Shown: one piece after another, positions 26,301 to 40,800 of the stretch
Numbering within the stretch: the first letter of the stretch is position 1
How the letters are laid out: the number at the start of each line of letters is the position of its first letter
Origin: Bugula neritina
Taxonomy: Eukaryota; Animalia; Bryozoa
DNA length: 64,000 nt
Direction of reading: 5' to 3'
Assembly: GCA_964035545.1 (NCBI GenBank)
Contig: OZ037766.1
Span: 8,112,722 to 8,176,721, forward strand
Position numbers and translations under genes: made by a program
The notes under the pieces: generated by a model
What the model was told of the DNA's origin: nothing
The model's input: the letters and a program-made list of their open reading frames with translations, nothing else
The model's database searches: none

Positions 26301-27334
26301 CAGTAACGTAGAATATTTTGTAAGCAAAATAAGCCAATTGTAGTTTCATGAAGCTGCAATTGAGTTGCAGCAGATAAACAGTTCTCTGTTCTACACACTC
26401 AAGTTACATGAGTATCTCCAAGAAGCAAGAGGTTTAGGAACTACACTTTATAGCACTGTATCCTTTTATTGAATCCACTAAATGCTTTATTGAGGAAGGA
26501 TTGACTATACTGCTTTATCAAAGTAACTCTGTTTACAGTATATGATTATCGCTGACATGCATGCATATTACAAGACAGATTACATCAGCAGACTTATTAT
26601 TCTGTAGAGTTACATGCAGTTATATGTAAATGGAATGTAATACTTACGTAATGCCTTAAATATAATGACTTGTATACGATCAACGAGGAACTTCTTTTCT
26701 TCTAAAGTTACAAACTATAACTTTCAAAATTCTTAGAATCTTCCCTGATAGATACTAAAATGTACAATAAGCAAAGGTTGAATATGAGAAACTGTGTAAG
26801 CAAAACTGTTTGCACTATCAAATCTAATCCTTCAATACATTTCAATCTGACCCTGTTTAGTTGAAGTTATATACTGAAATCCTTTGCCAACAACTAAACA
26901 GCCTGCTGCAAGTTATATAGGCCAGCTATTATAAATCAATATTAGTTACTGCTGCTATACTAAGTCTCCTACAAATACGCTAATGTATGTAGTCAGGGTG
27001 TTATCAAACAACAGCTGAGCACATGAATTCTATAAAGCTCTTGAGAAATCTAGTGCGTCTAGGCTTTACACATCACCATGAATCATACACAGTGTGTAAA
27101 CACCACAGTGCATAGCTCAGCATGCAACTTGCATATTTCATCTATTCTAGTTATATTTTCAAAAATTGAAGATATGCGTGTTAGCATTTGAGAAGTTTGA
27201 TACCTTGCAGTGTTGTAGAAACAAGAAAGCAAATTGTAAACCATAAAAAATAATATAATTGTACATGTTATGACAAAATTAGTTGTTGCAACAAAAATTA
27301 AAAAGTCTCTAATAATCACGCCTGTATTACACTT

Positions 27335-27495
27335 AGGAGCAGCAGTGGAGAAACTGAGATGGCCTAAGTTCTTTAAAAAATTGTATTAAACTTTGCTATG
27401 AAGCCCGGGTTAAAATTCTAGAGGGAACATAACTTCTTTTGCTACATTTCAAATCTAGAACACGGGCTTATCTCAATTTCCCCAAACTGCACCTA
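27335..27495. repeat. Degenerate inverted-repeat (MITE-like) element
   Basis: GCAGTGGAGAAACTGAGATGGCC matches, imperfectly, the reverse complement of the right end, GCAGTTTGGGGAAATTGAGATAAGCCC. Confidence 0.45.
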
Positions 27496-29734
27496 CATCT
27501 TACCAAAAATGTTCACAGCATAGCTTGTCTTACAGCTCAATAACTTACCAGTTGGGAGTAGAAGAAACAAGGTGAAACTGAGAACTGAGTCAACTGATAA
27601 CGAAACAGAAACAGATTTGTTGATGAAACTAGATAAGTGTAGCGAAAGGATGCAGGTGATGCATCATATCCTTGATCATACTAACTGCTTGCCACACAGC
27701 CAACACTCTACAATAACTACACTCTGCAGTTGCATGCAGTTGCACAAAGGGTACCCTGTGCCTGTTAGTAGTAATAAATCAAATAGCAGCAGTTCATATA
27801 TTGTATAACTTTATTGACCTTCATCACTATTAATTAGGCTAGAGCTGTGACTAGGGCTGTGTCGGTATATCAAACACGCACAGCCTATAACATCTTAACT
27901 AGATACGTGATTATAATATAATCAATATTAAACGTACTGGTATTAATGCAGTAACTAAATGCAACAACAAGTTGTATATACTCATATGTATTGCTATAAT
28001 CCCAGAAACTTTACAGATGTGAACTGCAAAAAGGTTAGGACTATTTCTTTTTCATAGTCTTACACTCACACACACTCATGCACACACACACAATGTCAAA
28101 ATAAAAACATAATTATTATCTAGGTTAGTAATACCAAAACTGACACTGAATTGAAGTTAGCAATACAAGATATAGCCATCATTATCAGTTATATTATGAT
28201 ATAACTGATAATAGTATAAATTACCAAAAACAATAATTATAGTTAGAGAAACAAGTAAGGATGTTTTAGGTTAAATAGCATTTTACTGATGAATGAAAAT
28301 ACTTCCTCTATAATTGATAAGAAATAGATATATGTGCATGTTGAAGAGTATGTCCATTATAGCCGGAGAAATGAAGAAATGTTTAATGGTTGGTTAGTTA
28401 TATTGTCTTGTATTTGCCGATTGTCTACTAGTTGAACTCTATTTTTATTAAAAACATCCTTTCACAGTTATTCCTAATGTGAAAAAACAGATACAAATTT
28501 TCCGACTGGAAAATAAAAAAATTGAAGCAAACATAAAATTCTAGAGCCAAATTTATGGAGGCACTTAAAATTTTTATGGTCAATTGGCTTTTGCATATTA
28601 GAACATTATATTGCTTTGCAGTTTCACAAGCAATGTTTATAATTTTGAAGCGTGTATTTTGTCTGTTATCTGTACCAGGAGCAACTCAAGCTGATACTAG
28701 CATGGCTTGTATGGGTGGCGGCTGAAAAAACGTGCTGCTTACTGATAACTCCATTATCTTTATATGACATTTTGCAAAAAGTAATGTAAGACCAGTAAGG
28801 GTAAATAATCTTCTTAGAACTGCCTATAGTGAACATGTATTTCGACTGCATAGTTGGCCTCTAGAATTCCTACCAGTTGTAACACAATGCATACAACTGC
28901 TCAGAACCCTATGCTGTAAGTTACAAGCTGCTGTAATTATATCAACAGTCATGTATATTTTTATTTCGGGCCATTCTATAAACAAAATCTTTCTTATGCA
29001 TAATGGGCGTAATATGGTTATGTGTGAAGTCATTCCATTGAGGTGCAAGAAACATGTACATCATTTTCATTTGCTTGAAGCATGCGGCTTACTAAATGTA
29101 TTCTAATAAATATAAAATATCCAAGTATTCGGCTAGCTGTTATAAAATAATTATTATACGTTTTATTATTCTCTCTATTTGTATACTATATATACAAGTA
29201 GAATGAATAAAGTATATAGCATAGTATCACCCTAAAGACTGAAAGTTTGGTTTAGTACTTAGTTAATAGTGCAACTCTCTTGTATACTTTAGTACCTAAA
29301 ATATAATATAGGTAGGTTTCAATGAATAGGTAGCTTACATACTGGTGTAACTACTTGAGATGATTGTTATAGTATGGGAAGAGTGCTAACTTGTGCTAAT
29401 TATTACTTAATCAACCTTTATAAATGTAGTTTCTAATGTGCATACTGTACGGCTGCACACAGTATGCAGGCAGCATGTATAAGATATACTGTATACTACT
29501 ACGCAACAGGTTAGCTGGTATTTATTTATAAATTCAAAGGTTAATTATTATACTGTCTAGCGCTGGTTGTGTTGAAGAAAAGTAATAGTTATAAAAATAT
29601 TTCTAAATCAACCAATCTAATAGACACCATGTGTAAATTATAACGTTAAAAGGCACAATTTAATAAAATTTAAAATTCTCAATTTAAGCCAAACTCCAAG
29701 TAGTGGTATCACTATTATTTATATAACACCTAGT

Positions 29735-30010
29735 AACAGGGCATCAGCCTGCAAGAGCACAAAAAGAAGCAGTAACTGTTTTGAGGAAGAAGAGAAGGCT
29801 GGGATAGGAATGTACGAAGGTGACAATGAGGAGAACATAAAAAGAATCTGCAACATTTTGTAGGCAAGTAATAATGAAGAAGATCAAAGCATATGACTGG
29901 ACAAATACCACAAGAGCGGAATATGAAAGCATGGACCAAAGAAACAGAGTGGAAATCGTGGATTGAGTTGGTTGCGCAGAACCTGTTACTTGCAAGGACT
30001 AAAACCAATT
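29735..30010 (+). mobile_element. Possible decayed 3' end of a non-LTR retrotransposon (RTE-like)
   Basis: Purine-rich, coding-like island whose broken frames (LRKKRRLG..., EWKSWIELVAQNL) recall LINE ORF2 C-termini. No intact motif. Confidence 0.3.
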
Positions 30011-30904
30011 GGGTGAGAAATGGTAAGAAACCCAGTAACAGGGCTGTTTTCAGACACGCATATTTCACTATTCTGTATTCACTGATTATAGCTTATTTTA
30101 TTGTTATGCATTGTACAAGTCCCCCCAAATAATTTTAGGAGTAGATAATTGCTTAGATCAGGTATTTGAATAGGCAGCATTAGAACTAAATTCAATGTTT
30201 TTTACTGTTGTTTTTAAATAAACAAATGTGGCGCAGTCTAAATTACTGTACTGCAGAGAAATAATTAAACTTTGCTAAGTACATAAATCAAATAAAGAAA
30301 TTAAATAAAATGTTAACAAATTAGATTAAAAACTAATGAATCCATAAATATTATATACTAATGATACGTTAGGGTTGTAAAAAAGACTTTCACTTACATT
30401 TAAACATTCATGATAAATTAAAAATAAAATATACATACACTATTATTTATGTATGGTAGTTGACTGTAATCCTGCATAGAACCGGCTGTACAAGGTTGAG
30501 CACATATAGCTATATAAAGCTATTTCAACTTTCTGGCAAAGTTGAAAGTGCACAAGATAAGATAAAAACATGACATAAAAATATAGTAAATAATTATTGT
30601 AACAAGAAGTCTGCAACTCAAAATACTAGTACATAATATCATACAGATTAATAAGAAGTTTATATTATATGAAATAGCAAGCAAAACTGTTGCGAACCGG
30701 AGTTATCTCCTCTACATCACAAATTGTATTCATTTTAGTGAGATGCATTATGGCTGTGAATTTGTGAATAAAAGTTGCTGAGCAGTCTCAGTAAGAATTT
30801 TTCAAGTGTTTGGGAGCATCTCACATATACCAAACAGATTGAAACAAAGCAAGGCATCATACACTAGAAATGTGCATTATAAGTTTCAACAGTTATAATG
30901 ATAG

Positions 30905-32055
30905 TCACATAATATTTGCATGAAGTGACTTCTCCAAAAGCCTGCCCCAAACATTGTTGTATGGATGAACCAGCTTTGTGGGACTACCAGAGTTGTCTAC
31001 CAGTGGTCTGCTTTCATTGGCCCATTTAAATAAGGAACCTTCTAAGTTATATATAGGCCGACTTTTGCCTACAAAAACAAAAACAACCTCTAAAAATAGC
31101 TGATGACTGTTCGTCTAAAGTTGAAGATAAAATACAAAACATTCAGTCACAATTTAAATTGATAGCATCAATAATTTAAATGCTAGAAAATAAAACAGCA
31201 GAAAACACAAATAATCATAACAATATCAGCACATGACACTCCTAAAGTTCAAATTATAATGCATTACAGATTAAATCGAACTAGTTTTACTATAATATAA
31301 TCACAATATAAACTATTATACCAGAACTATTTTTCCATTTATTTATCAGCTTATCTGCCACCAAGCATGATCTATAGCCTATAGAGCAATAGAGCACAAC
31401 GGGCTGGTCAATAGGGGTGGCATCAATCAGTTCCTCTACTTGTGGAATGCTTTCTTGCAAGTGATCAGGATCTACTCTAGCAGCGCCCTCTATTTTACTA
31501 ATTTCAAATTCCTCAATCGGTCTCGCATCCTACATTTGAACAATACTATGATTTACAAATGAAAAACATAAGGTAGCATGTCATTTGTCATCAACCATAT
31601 ATGAGATTGTAGAAATTTTGAAAAATCTGCTTCTTCTTATTAGCCAATTGCTGGTGAATTTACAATTTTTTTTCAGCAAAGAAAATTTCTTTTCGAATAT
31701 ATTATTACACAGACAGCATAATAAGTATGGCACTTTTAAAGAAACGGGCAGTCAACTTGGCACCAAATTACTAAACGTACACAGAAATGTTAAGGTCACT
31801 CACAAAAGCATATTATTTATCATTACTTGAGATTCAGCTTGGCATAACACAGACTTGCAAAAATGACTTCTTTCGCATAAATTTGCCTTCATTAACTATC
31901 ACACTTGATACACTCTTACAAAGCAGTGGAAGTTCACCCACCAGAAGTGTCACCTGTTTCCCCTCTGCCTGCCATTCTGCCAACTCTTGAGTTGATAGTT
32001 GAGGTACTTTACTAAATTTTTGGCGTATTCCAAAGCAGGCTATGTTCATTGCCAT
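30905..32055 (-). CDS. Single-domain rhodanese-like sulfurtransferase, 161 aa. Exons 32055-31942, 31529-31322, 31068-30905
   Basis: Motifs LLDARPIEEFEISKIEGA, active-site loop VVLYCSIGYRS, YNLEGSLFKWANESRPL and VHPYNNVWGRLL. Exon phases are consistent. Confidence 0.92.
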
Positions 32056-32639
32056 CTTTTACCTGGAATTTAGTGTATTCAAAGATAATCATTTGCAGAT
32101 AAATAAAAAACAGATGATTAGACTTCAAAAGATAAGTTACTAATACCAAAATACTATTTGCATCTATAAGCATCTGTGCTAAATCAATTGTATATACAAT
32201 ATTTTTAAATATAAAAGTAGAATTTTATTAAAAGCACACAAAACAATGTGGACATAAATGACCAGGAATTTTGCAAAATACCATATTTAGTTTTAACAAA
32301 ACTTGGTCATTAAAAAATCATGAATGAAATGCTAGCAAGCATTAAACATTTTAACTGTTTGTAACTTGAAAGTCGTAATAGTAATAAAAATATTAGATTA
32401 GCATCTTATTGTAACATGAAAAGCAAGTTGGCAAACTTCATTTTTTATAACTAGATAGAGCCTACAAATGACTGGTAAAAACGTTTTGCAGTTTTGGGAC
32501 TTCAAAATGAAAATATTACCATTAAAATTTAATAAAATTTAATAAATCTTTATTCTACAAGCTATCAAACTCAAAGTTGAATAAAAAACAACTACAGAAC
32601 ACCTAGTAATACTAATTGTAAATACTATTCTAATTCTTC

Positions 32640-33000
32640 ATTTCAGTTTCTTGCTGCATCAACATAATGATAATATATTAACGTGAGAGCAATATGACAA
32701 AGCAGAAAATAAATAATATTCGAACGTAACTAAAAATAATTTGATAAAAGATTGGTCTTTTACGATTAAATTTGATGATTATGATTATTATGATCATCAT
32801 TATGATTATGATTATGTGATCTCTCTGTTTCACAATCATAATGATAATGATGACAATGATAAAGTTGAACATGAAGAGTGAAAACTACTATAAATTGGCA
32901 GAAAAAATCAAAATGTTTTAACAATAAATCATAATATAATTAATCTATCATCACTATGACTATGAGTATGACTATGATTGCATTAAGTGATATGGTTATT
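32640..33000. repeat. Degenerate (ATG/ATT/ATC)n tract
   Basis: ATGATT and ATCATA periodicity. Confidence 0.8.
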
Positions 33001-33039
33001 AATATTATTATCGTATAGTTTATCGATACTCGGAGATTA

Positions 33040-33290
33040 AATCTGGCTGGTGGGATTCTGCACCATAATTGGCGAACCAATAAACAGGGTATCCAATGAA
33101 TTACCACGTGCCTTAACAATGTAGCGTTGGTTTTTTGTATTTACTGTGTTCCTGCGTTGATTGTCATTATTTGTTCGTTTATGTTGCAGATAAAGCCTCA
33201 ACTTGATGCTAGCACTAACTCCTAGAATCTCAGCTAGCAAACACGTGCGCTTTTAAACACGCGTGAAACGGGCGCATCATGATCAAGTTC
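33040..33290. promoter_or_regulatory. Putative bidirectional promoter between the rhodanese (-) and coiled-coil (+) genes
   Basis: Locally CpG-richer. Three CCAAT/ATTGG boxes (33068-33097), E-boxes CACGTG at 33105 and 33242, and CACGCGTG at 33258. Confidence 0.55.
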
Positions 33291-34189
33291 AACACTGACT
33301 GATAAAATAAATATAAACCAAGTGAATGTTATGCGGGTAAATTAAATTTATCCAGTTTAAAATACTTTAGAATAAATCCATAAACGTTGATATAAATATT
33401 TATGATATTACTTATACCGATTATTATTATTTAATTTTTATAATTGTATCTATTATCATGTAACAGTGTATAACTGTGTGTGCTACTGCTACCATTGTGA
33501 TTGTTGATTGTCACAATGTGAGTGAATATCATAATCAAAATGATAATCAAAATCACTTTTGAGTTCACGCAGTGCAAGGAAAATTGAAAGGAGTGTTACT
33601 TGAGTTGCACTTGTTTAACTCTTTTAATTTATAAACTTACAGACTGAGATTTACATAATGATAATGATAGAGCGTCTCATCTGCCCTCTACGGATAAAAG
33701 CCTCCAGCTATAAATGCAAACTTCTGTCTTCTGTAGTAGTTAACATTTTACTGGTAGTATTTTTATTTTATACTGGAAACTTTTGTAAGCTTACAATAAA
33801 GCATCTATCGGGAGTAAAAACAGGCTTTACAGATTACTGGTGTTGTATCACTGACTAATAGGTAAAGGTCTCGGCAGTAGTAGACAAGCAAAAATGTTAA
33901 CAATAACATTAACACAATTGCTAAAGACACACATTTCATAGTCTGTATTATCCAAATTAAAACTGCTTTAGTCTAAAGAAATACATTTGTAGTTTATGAC
34001 TTATGAAATAATTACAATGTAAAGCACACCATTCTTCTATGAGAACATCACACAACATGATGGTTTAAGAAATGGCTAAAAAGCAGCATGGGGCTCCACT
34101 TCATGTGTTGGCCTGAGCTAGCTAACAACTTCTGCCTGACCTTTAGAGGCAGGTAATTTTAAACTTATTTCGATTATTATTGGGCTCCC

Positions 34190-34980
34190 ATAAGAAGATC
34201 TTGCAGTTTTATGAGCTCTTTTGCACTATACAACAAGAGCATGGAGACACCAGCCTTTCATCAACACTCATTCATGTTTCAAATCTATTGATGTTGAATT
34301 ATTTTGGTGTGACCCACTGCCAAGGGACAACTCATTTGTCAGAAGAATTTGATTAGTTCTATTGTTTCTCTTATTTCTTTGTTCTCCTTAATCTCCAAAG
34401 TCTTGGTATTCTTCTACTTCAACTCTTCCACAAAACTTGAATAAGTTCAGGCATAGTTGGTTGGGCCCATCATGGTTGCTGCCACTTACTCTCTTTAGCT
34501 TCTGGCTTTATCCATGTGCCTCCGGAAAGCCTTTTTGCATTCAGTAGATCTGCTGCTGCAAACTTTTAGCATTTTCCAACTAGGCTCTTGCTTGCAGAGA
34601 TTGAGTAGGACAGTTTCAATACTCCACCTTCCCACCTCTCGAACATCTTCTACATGTTTGTGGCTTTACTTTTGATTGAGCCACTTCTTCTTGTGCAGCA
34701 CATCATTCAAGTAAGGTCATAATTTGCCGCAACATTTATGTCATAGCTACTCCATCAATTTGCTTCAATCTCCTCATAGGTCACATTGACTAATCCCTCT
34801 ACTTTCATAACATGTTTCTGTGTTTTAACTGTCCTTCATAGCAAAGAAGAGAGTTTATACTCATATCAGAGTTAGCTAACTCAGAAAGCGTTACCCTCAT
34901 AAACCAGTTGCCTTTCTGCAGTCATAGACCTCCTCCTTGAAAACTTATTCTAGGTTACTACGGTGAAACTTGAGCCACCA
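34190..34980 (-). mobile_element. Possible highly decayed LTR-retrotransposon gag relic
   Basis: GC-richer island. Minus-strand fragments TYEEIEAN*WSSYDINV, VEDVREV and a broken knuckle CKRAHKTAR, with many stops. Confidence 0.3.
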
Positions 34981-37860
34981 TTAGTTAGCTTCTGCTACTT
35001 ATGTAATTCACTGGTTGTTGTTTTCTACTTTGCCAACCTTGAGAGTAGTTTATCTCAATGCTGCTACCAATGTTGAGGTTTTAATTCCTGCTGTTGATAC
35101 AAACTAGTTATAAAAATAACTGCAATAATTTGTAGTATCTAAATGCAGTCAGCTTCAACCTAGTGTCATACTTTATTATAAGCATGTAAAATAGTTATGG
35201 TGTAAAATCCTAAAAGCTACAACAGCATTGTAACTTTATTTATAGTTACCGGCTCTTTATCCTTTAGTGTTGTAAGCCTTTGGTCAAAAGTGATAACTTA
35301 TGCAAGCAAGTATAAATAACTAAATAATTCAAGCATGGCAAACATTTTTATAATATAATAATGCATACACTTATAAATGTTGGTCTGGCATGTATAGAGC
35401 TTACTTCTATATATAAACAAAAAAGTTTTACATTTTCAATTCATTTTGCATAGACCTAACTCTTCTGGCAAGCCTCTCATACATAGTAATAAAAGTAAAA
35501 AGTATTGCAGTAAACACAATTTTACCAGTAAATTCTTCAAATTTAGGCATTTGCGTATTATATATTTGGTATAGATGCACAATAGTCTATGATAATCGTA
35601 TATATGCATGTCTTGCTGTTTTTACATTAAAGTAAGATACTTTATAATAATTAGCATTGCATGAATATATACATTTTGAGTCCTGTTGGTGTGTAGTTGT
35701 TGTTGTATTGAATACAACATAACTTAAAATCACATCGTGTTAACAAATTTAATAGCACCAGTAAACCATAACAAGTTGATTCTACCATATAGCTTTATTT
35801 CATTCACACAAGTAATGCCTAAATATGTTACCTATGTCATTCTTAAACAAAAGCAGCTCAAACTAAACTTTCTGACTATTGTTTCATAATATTTTGTTCT
35901 ATGTGACGTGTATTTTACTCATTGCAATGACTGTGATATATTAGCAACAACTGTAAGTTTCATATTAACCTTGAGTTTCATTTGAGTTTTGTTTGACATC
36001 CTGGTATTTTAAAGGACATAAAAATGTATTTATAGCCAGTCTAAGTTTGATTAGTGGTTTTTAGCTTCAACCTCAACATTCTAATCTTCAAACCTTTTTA
36101 GATTTTTGCAGTTGCCAATGTAAACTAATTCATTGTATTTAGAACATTGGCTGTTACACTTATTATTCATGCCTAATTAATCAAATTGCTATTTATGAAT
36201 TAACAATGAACATTGTGCAAACATTTTTAAAATGTTGATTTTAGGCTACTAGTAAATGGCAAAGAATATGCTGACTTTTGTTCTGTTGTTAGATTTGCAA
36301 CAGTTACTCTAGCAGCACTTTGTCAGACAATGCTGCCGTATCTAATAGGTGCAGGTGAGTAGCGTAAACCCTTAACCTGTTTAACAATATTCTCTGACTC
36401 TATGTGCTCTCATTATCACAAATTAATTTAAATTAATCTGAATTAAATTAGTCGTAAACTCAAAGCTGGATCTTAAGAATACTTTAGATTATTTTATATG
36501 CATGACAAATTCTGAATTTTTCAGATTAACGATTGGGGTAAATTTTTCTCAATAGATTTCAAACTTAGCATTTTGGTGTTATAGAAATTGAAAGCATCAG
36601 ATTATTATGTTTATTAATGTTAGTTTCTCACTGAATCTGCAGCATATATAAGGTATAGTATACAGATTTTGTTGATAGTTTTATAAGCAATACTCTATAG
36701 TGTACGAATTCATCTTAATAATATCTTAATAGAAAGTTTATATGAAAACTTTAGCTAGCCATTCCTTTATTTAGTACAAATGTGAGCATTTTATTAAAAT
36801 CTACCTGTCAAAATGTTGCGGTTTGTTGTGACATGATTATGTAGATTGTAAATACATAATATAGAGTTACAGACTATGATTGGAATCTATTATTTACAAT
36901 ATACACACTGGGCAAATATGTTCATACCTAACATAATAAATGAAAATTGATTTTTATGTTATATTAAGTAAAATATCACAATATGTAGTTTAGTTGTCAG
37001 AAGTGAGGCACATGGCTCAATGAAGTGTTGAATTAAGTCTTTGATTTCATTTCTGGGCACCACCGCAGCAAGCTATTCACGTGAATAACATTTGATTTAT
37101 ATATTGTGTACAACCTCTACTTGTTTGACCCTCTTCTTGTCTGCTCACAGTTGGATTTCATTCACGTGAGTAGCCTGCAGCAGGCTTCATTCATTTATTT
37201 CTGTCAATGCCTGTAACTAACTGGCAAATACAGGAAAATAGTTTGTAAAATGTTTTAATTGAATGGTGATATTTATTGCTCCTTAATAAAATAAGGTTAG
37301 CAGTATCCAAGATGATACTGTTTAATTTTTCATCACCTTAAATTAGACCAGGTTTGTGGGTTAGTCATGCTTTTGTGGATAGTCTCATTGCAAATGTTGG
37401 ATTTACATTTCCTTGAAGAATTTTTTCCACTGCGTAAGTTGACACATGCTCATATTGATAATTTTCAGAATTATGGCTTTTGTTAGTTTCTACAAAATGT
37501 AGATTAGAAGGTTATTCTAATGCTGCGAAGTATTTTAAAATGTTAAATGGGAGTTGATGTAAAGTGTGTGAAGACTTTTCACCAAAGAAAATATTCCATC
37601 CAGAAAAGCTTCTAGTATCTTATAGATCCACCTGGGTGTAGGATTTTATATTAGGCCTATGTAGATAGCGTTATTTATAATCAACATATAAGTACAACTA
37701 GTTGGAATTGATAAAATATAGATTAGGCATGATGCTCTCAACTACTCATGCTGCAGCAGTGTATGTTTTATGAACTTGTATAAGAATTGTTGGTTGAAAA
37801 TCGTATGTTGTATGATACTTGTTCTTATTTTAAAATTTCTTCTTTTTTTAGAAGAAAGTC

Positions 37861-40800
37861 ATGTCTGAAAACCAACATGGAACAGAAGCTGATATCAAAT
37901 TAATTGCATCATTGTCAGGTAAATAAAGCAACTGCACCTTTTGAGCAAATCAATTTTTTAATTTGTTTTTTTTCTTGTAATTATAATTTCATTTGTACTT
38001 CACATTTTAGACAACGACCCAATAAAAACGGAGCAAGTGCTAACTAATTTAAATGGTGATACAAATTTCGGTAAAGATAAATTAGAAAGAATGGATGCGC
38101 AAGAAAGTAAGCATTAAGTTATACAAAATATTATTTACAGTAAATTATTCTAAAATTTAAATAAAACTTTTTAGAGTTTAAAAATGAAATTTTATTTGAA
38201 ATGAGAAATTTGTTTAAAACAAAGATGCCACTTTTTTATTAGCTGTATTTTCAAAATTTTGATTTCTTCCTCAGGCTGAAACATTCTTAGAGCAACAGCT
38301 ACTAACTAATATACACGTACTCAGGGTTAATCATAATCACCCTCCCTGTGTCTCCAACCAATAACAAGTTATTTTTTGTCACATACTGAAAAGATGCTTT
38401 GATACTCGTGTATTTATTGAACAGCCTTGTTGGTAAAAACGTGGTATTTCAAATGGGTTTATAAGGGCAGAGTAATGTATAAAAATAAACCTGCTACAGG
38501 ATACTATGGCTATTTGCTTTCTTATATAACTTTATGTGACTTTTAGACAATCCAGTTCCAGCTGGTGTAGATACACCCCCAGTGACACCCCCTGATGTAG
38601 CCATGTCACCACCATTAGATCTAGCTGCCACTCCCTCTAGCACACCACCACCGACTGTATCCATGTCACCACCATCTGCTACCACTCATTCTCCCCCACT
38701 TTCTGTTGGTGTTGATGTAACTTCTTCCTCACATGACATAATTCCTTCAACATCAGATGGAAATTTATCACCTGTTCAACTTGTCAGAGTATCATCACCT
38801 GTTCAGCTTGTCAGATTATCACCTGTTCAACTTGTCAGAGTGTCACCTGTTGAGCTTGTCAGAGCTTCATCACCTCAAGTAGAATCTCCAGAAAGAACAA
38901 CTGAAATGGCAGACACTGCTAAGGTCTATAGAGAGCCAACAGGGGTTGAGAATCACACAAGGTCAGATGAAGTGGAGTCTGATGACGAACTCGCTTCTAA
39001 AGGTTGGTAAAAATAATATAGGAGATTGGTAAACAGTTTGTACAGCTGTTTGAAAAAACCTTTGCTAAAAATAGGTTCAAAATCGTCCTTTTAATCAAAC
39101 TTGACTTTTGATTTCACACCTTTGTACCTACACAAATAAGACTGACTGGGGTGTATAACTCCAACACTATTAATCTTTAACATGAACCTCTCTCAAATAT
39201 TTGTTACATCATTTTGCCAACCTTTTTTGTATAAAAAGAGTGGTGTTTTAAGCTTAATAGTGTTTGTCTTGGTTTCACTCAATTGTGCAAAAGTTTGTTC
39301 TAAACATAATATCCCTTTGTACGTATTCCTTTGGGTTTGAGTGTAATAGTAACTTTTTACAATGGTTTTCAATAGACTATAACATTAAACAACTACCTTG
39401 TTCACTCACAACTGTTGACTATTGATTAGATATAGTTATTAAGGATGTGACTTCTATCACCTGCCACCACCTGTCATGTTTCTAACAGTTTCTACAGTCC
39501 CCCATGAAATCTCCAGAGACTCTCTGACTACATTTCTATCAGTATAGACATCTTGTATACTGTGTTACATATCTTGATGATATGATTAGTGAATATTTTA
39601 TGCAGTTAATACAGTCAAATACACTCACAATAGGCTACAACACAATTTCGTTTAATTAGTCACTACACAAAATATTAGTTCTGTTCATGAATATTGCACT
39701 ATTTAGCACTTGAAACATCTGAATAAAAGTTCTTTATTCCAATTCCCATCAACATGGTAAACCAAATTTAAGCAACTTACAGGTGCCTTACTAGAAACAG
39801 TTATGGGCTTTTAATGTTACTTAGATTTAAACATGTTCAAGATAAATGTTCAAAAGCTATGGATTTACTTGCTTGAGAGATTAAATCTTAACATTCTTGT
39901 TTTGGGTCATGGGAGATTTCTAGATGGTTTTGTTTGCCAGGTCTAATAACGAAAGCAGCTGAAACTTGTATAATTCATATATTTTTTAGTTGCCAAGTCA
40001 TTGGCAGACATGCAAGAGTTGCTAGACAGTGTTGGTGAAGATATCAATGTGTGTAATGACTCGGAGAGCTTCGATGTATCTTATGCTTCTAATGACCTTG
40101 ACATTTCAAATGATTCCGATGACGTAGTCATAGACTTTACGTCTGCGGAACTGGAGAAAGATGATGACAATGAAATTATAGATCTTACTGGTAATACTTG
40201 CTTCAACAATTGCAATTTTATCTTAATATTTCATATAGTAGAGTGAATCTACTGATATTGTCTTAGCATTGAATATCACTTGCTTTAGATGCAACTTGTA
40301 CTTTCGAGCAGCATTTTTTGATTTATCAAAGTTCTGTTGTCTCATTTGCAATGACTCATGGCATGCTTTTTGGACATAAACCTTTCCCATTTTTCCCTTT
40401 TTCTATGTCACACGCAGAGCAATCCTAAAGCTCATTTCGTTGATTCAGTTCTTGCACTATTTCAAGCAATAAGCTAGAAATGAAAGAGTTTCATAGTGTT
40501 TATGTATGCGTATGTTTCATATTCAAAAATAGTTATAGCATCTATGTACAAAATTGTGTAAAGTGAAACCCATTTTATAAATATAATATTGTTGTAGAGT
40601 GTAGACTATTTTAAAGCAGTGATAGTTAACAATTTTTACAGTTTCATATAAATTTATTCCAATACTTTGTTAGTTCTTTGCTTTTTTTAAATATTCAGTT
40701 TGCGGTCTGAAAAGGGAAGTCATACAGGAAGAGGAAGAGGAAGCGGATTATTCAGAAGTAGAGGAAACACAGTCTCAGAAATCGCAAGGCTCTGGTAAAT

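Noticed and set aside
26458-26466. GTATCCTTT, a U12-type 5' splice consensus
   Set aside because: It is on the + strand where no gene or exon is evident. All reconstructed introns look U2-type.
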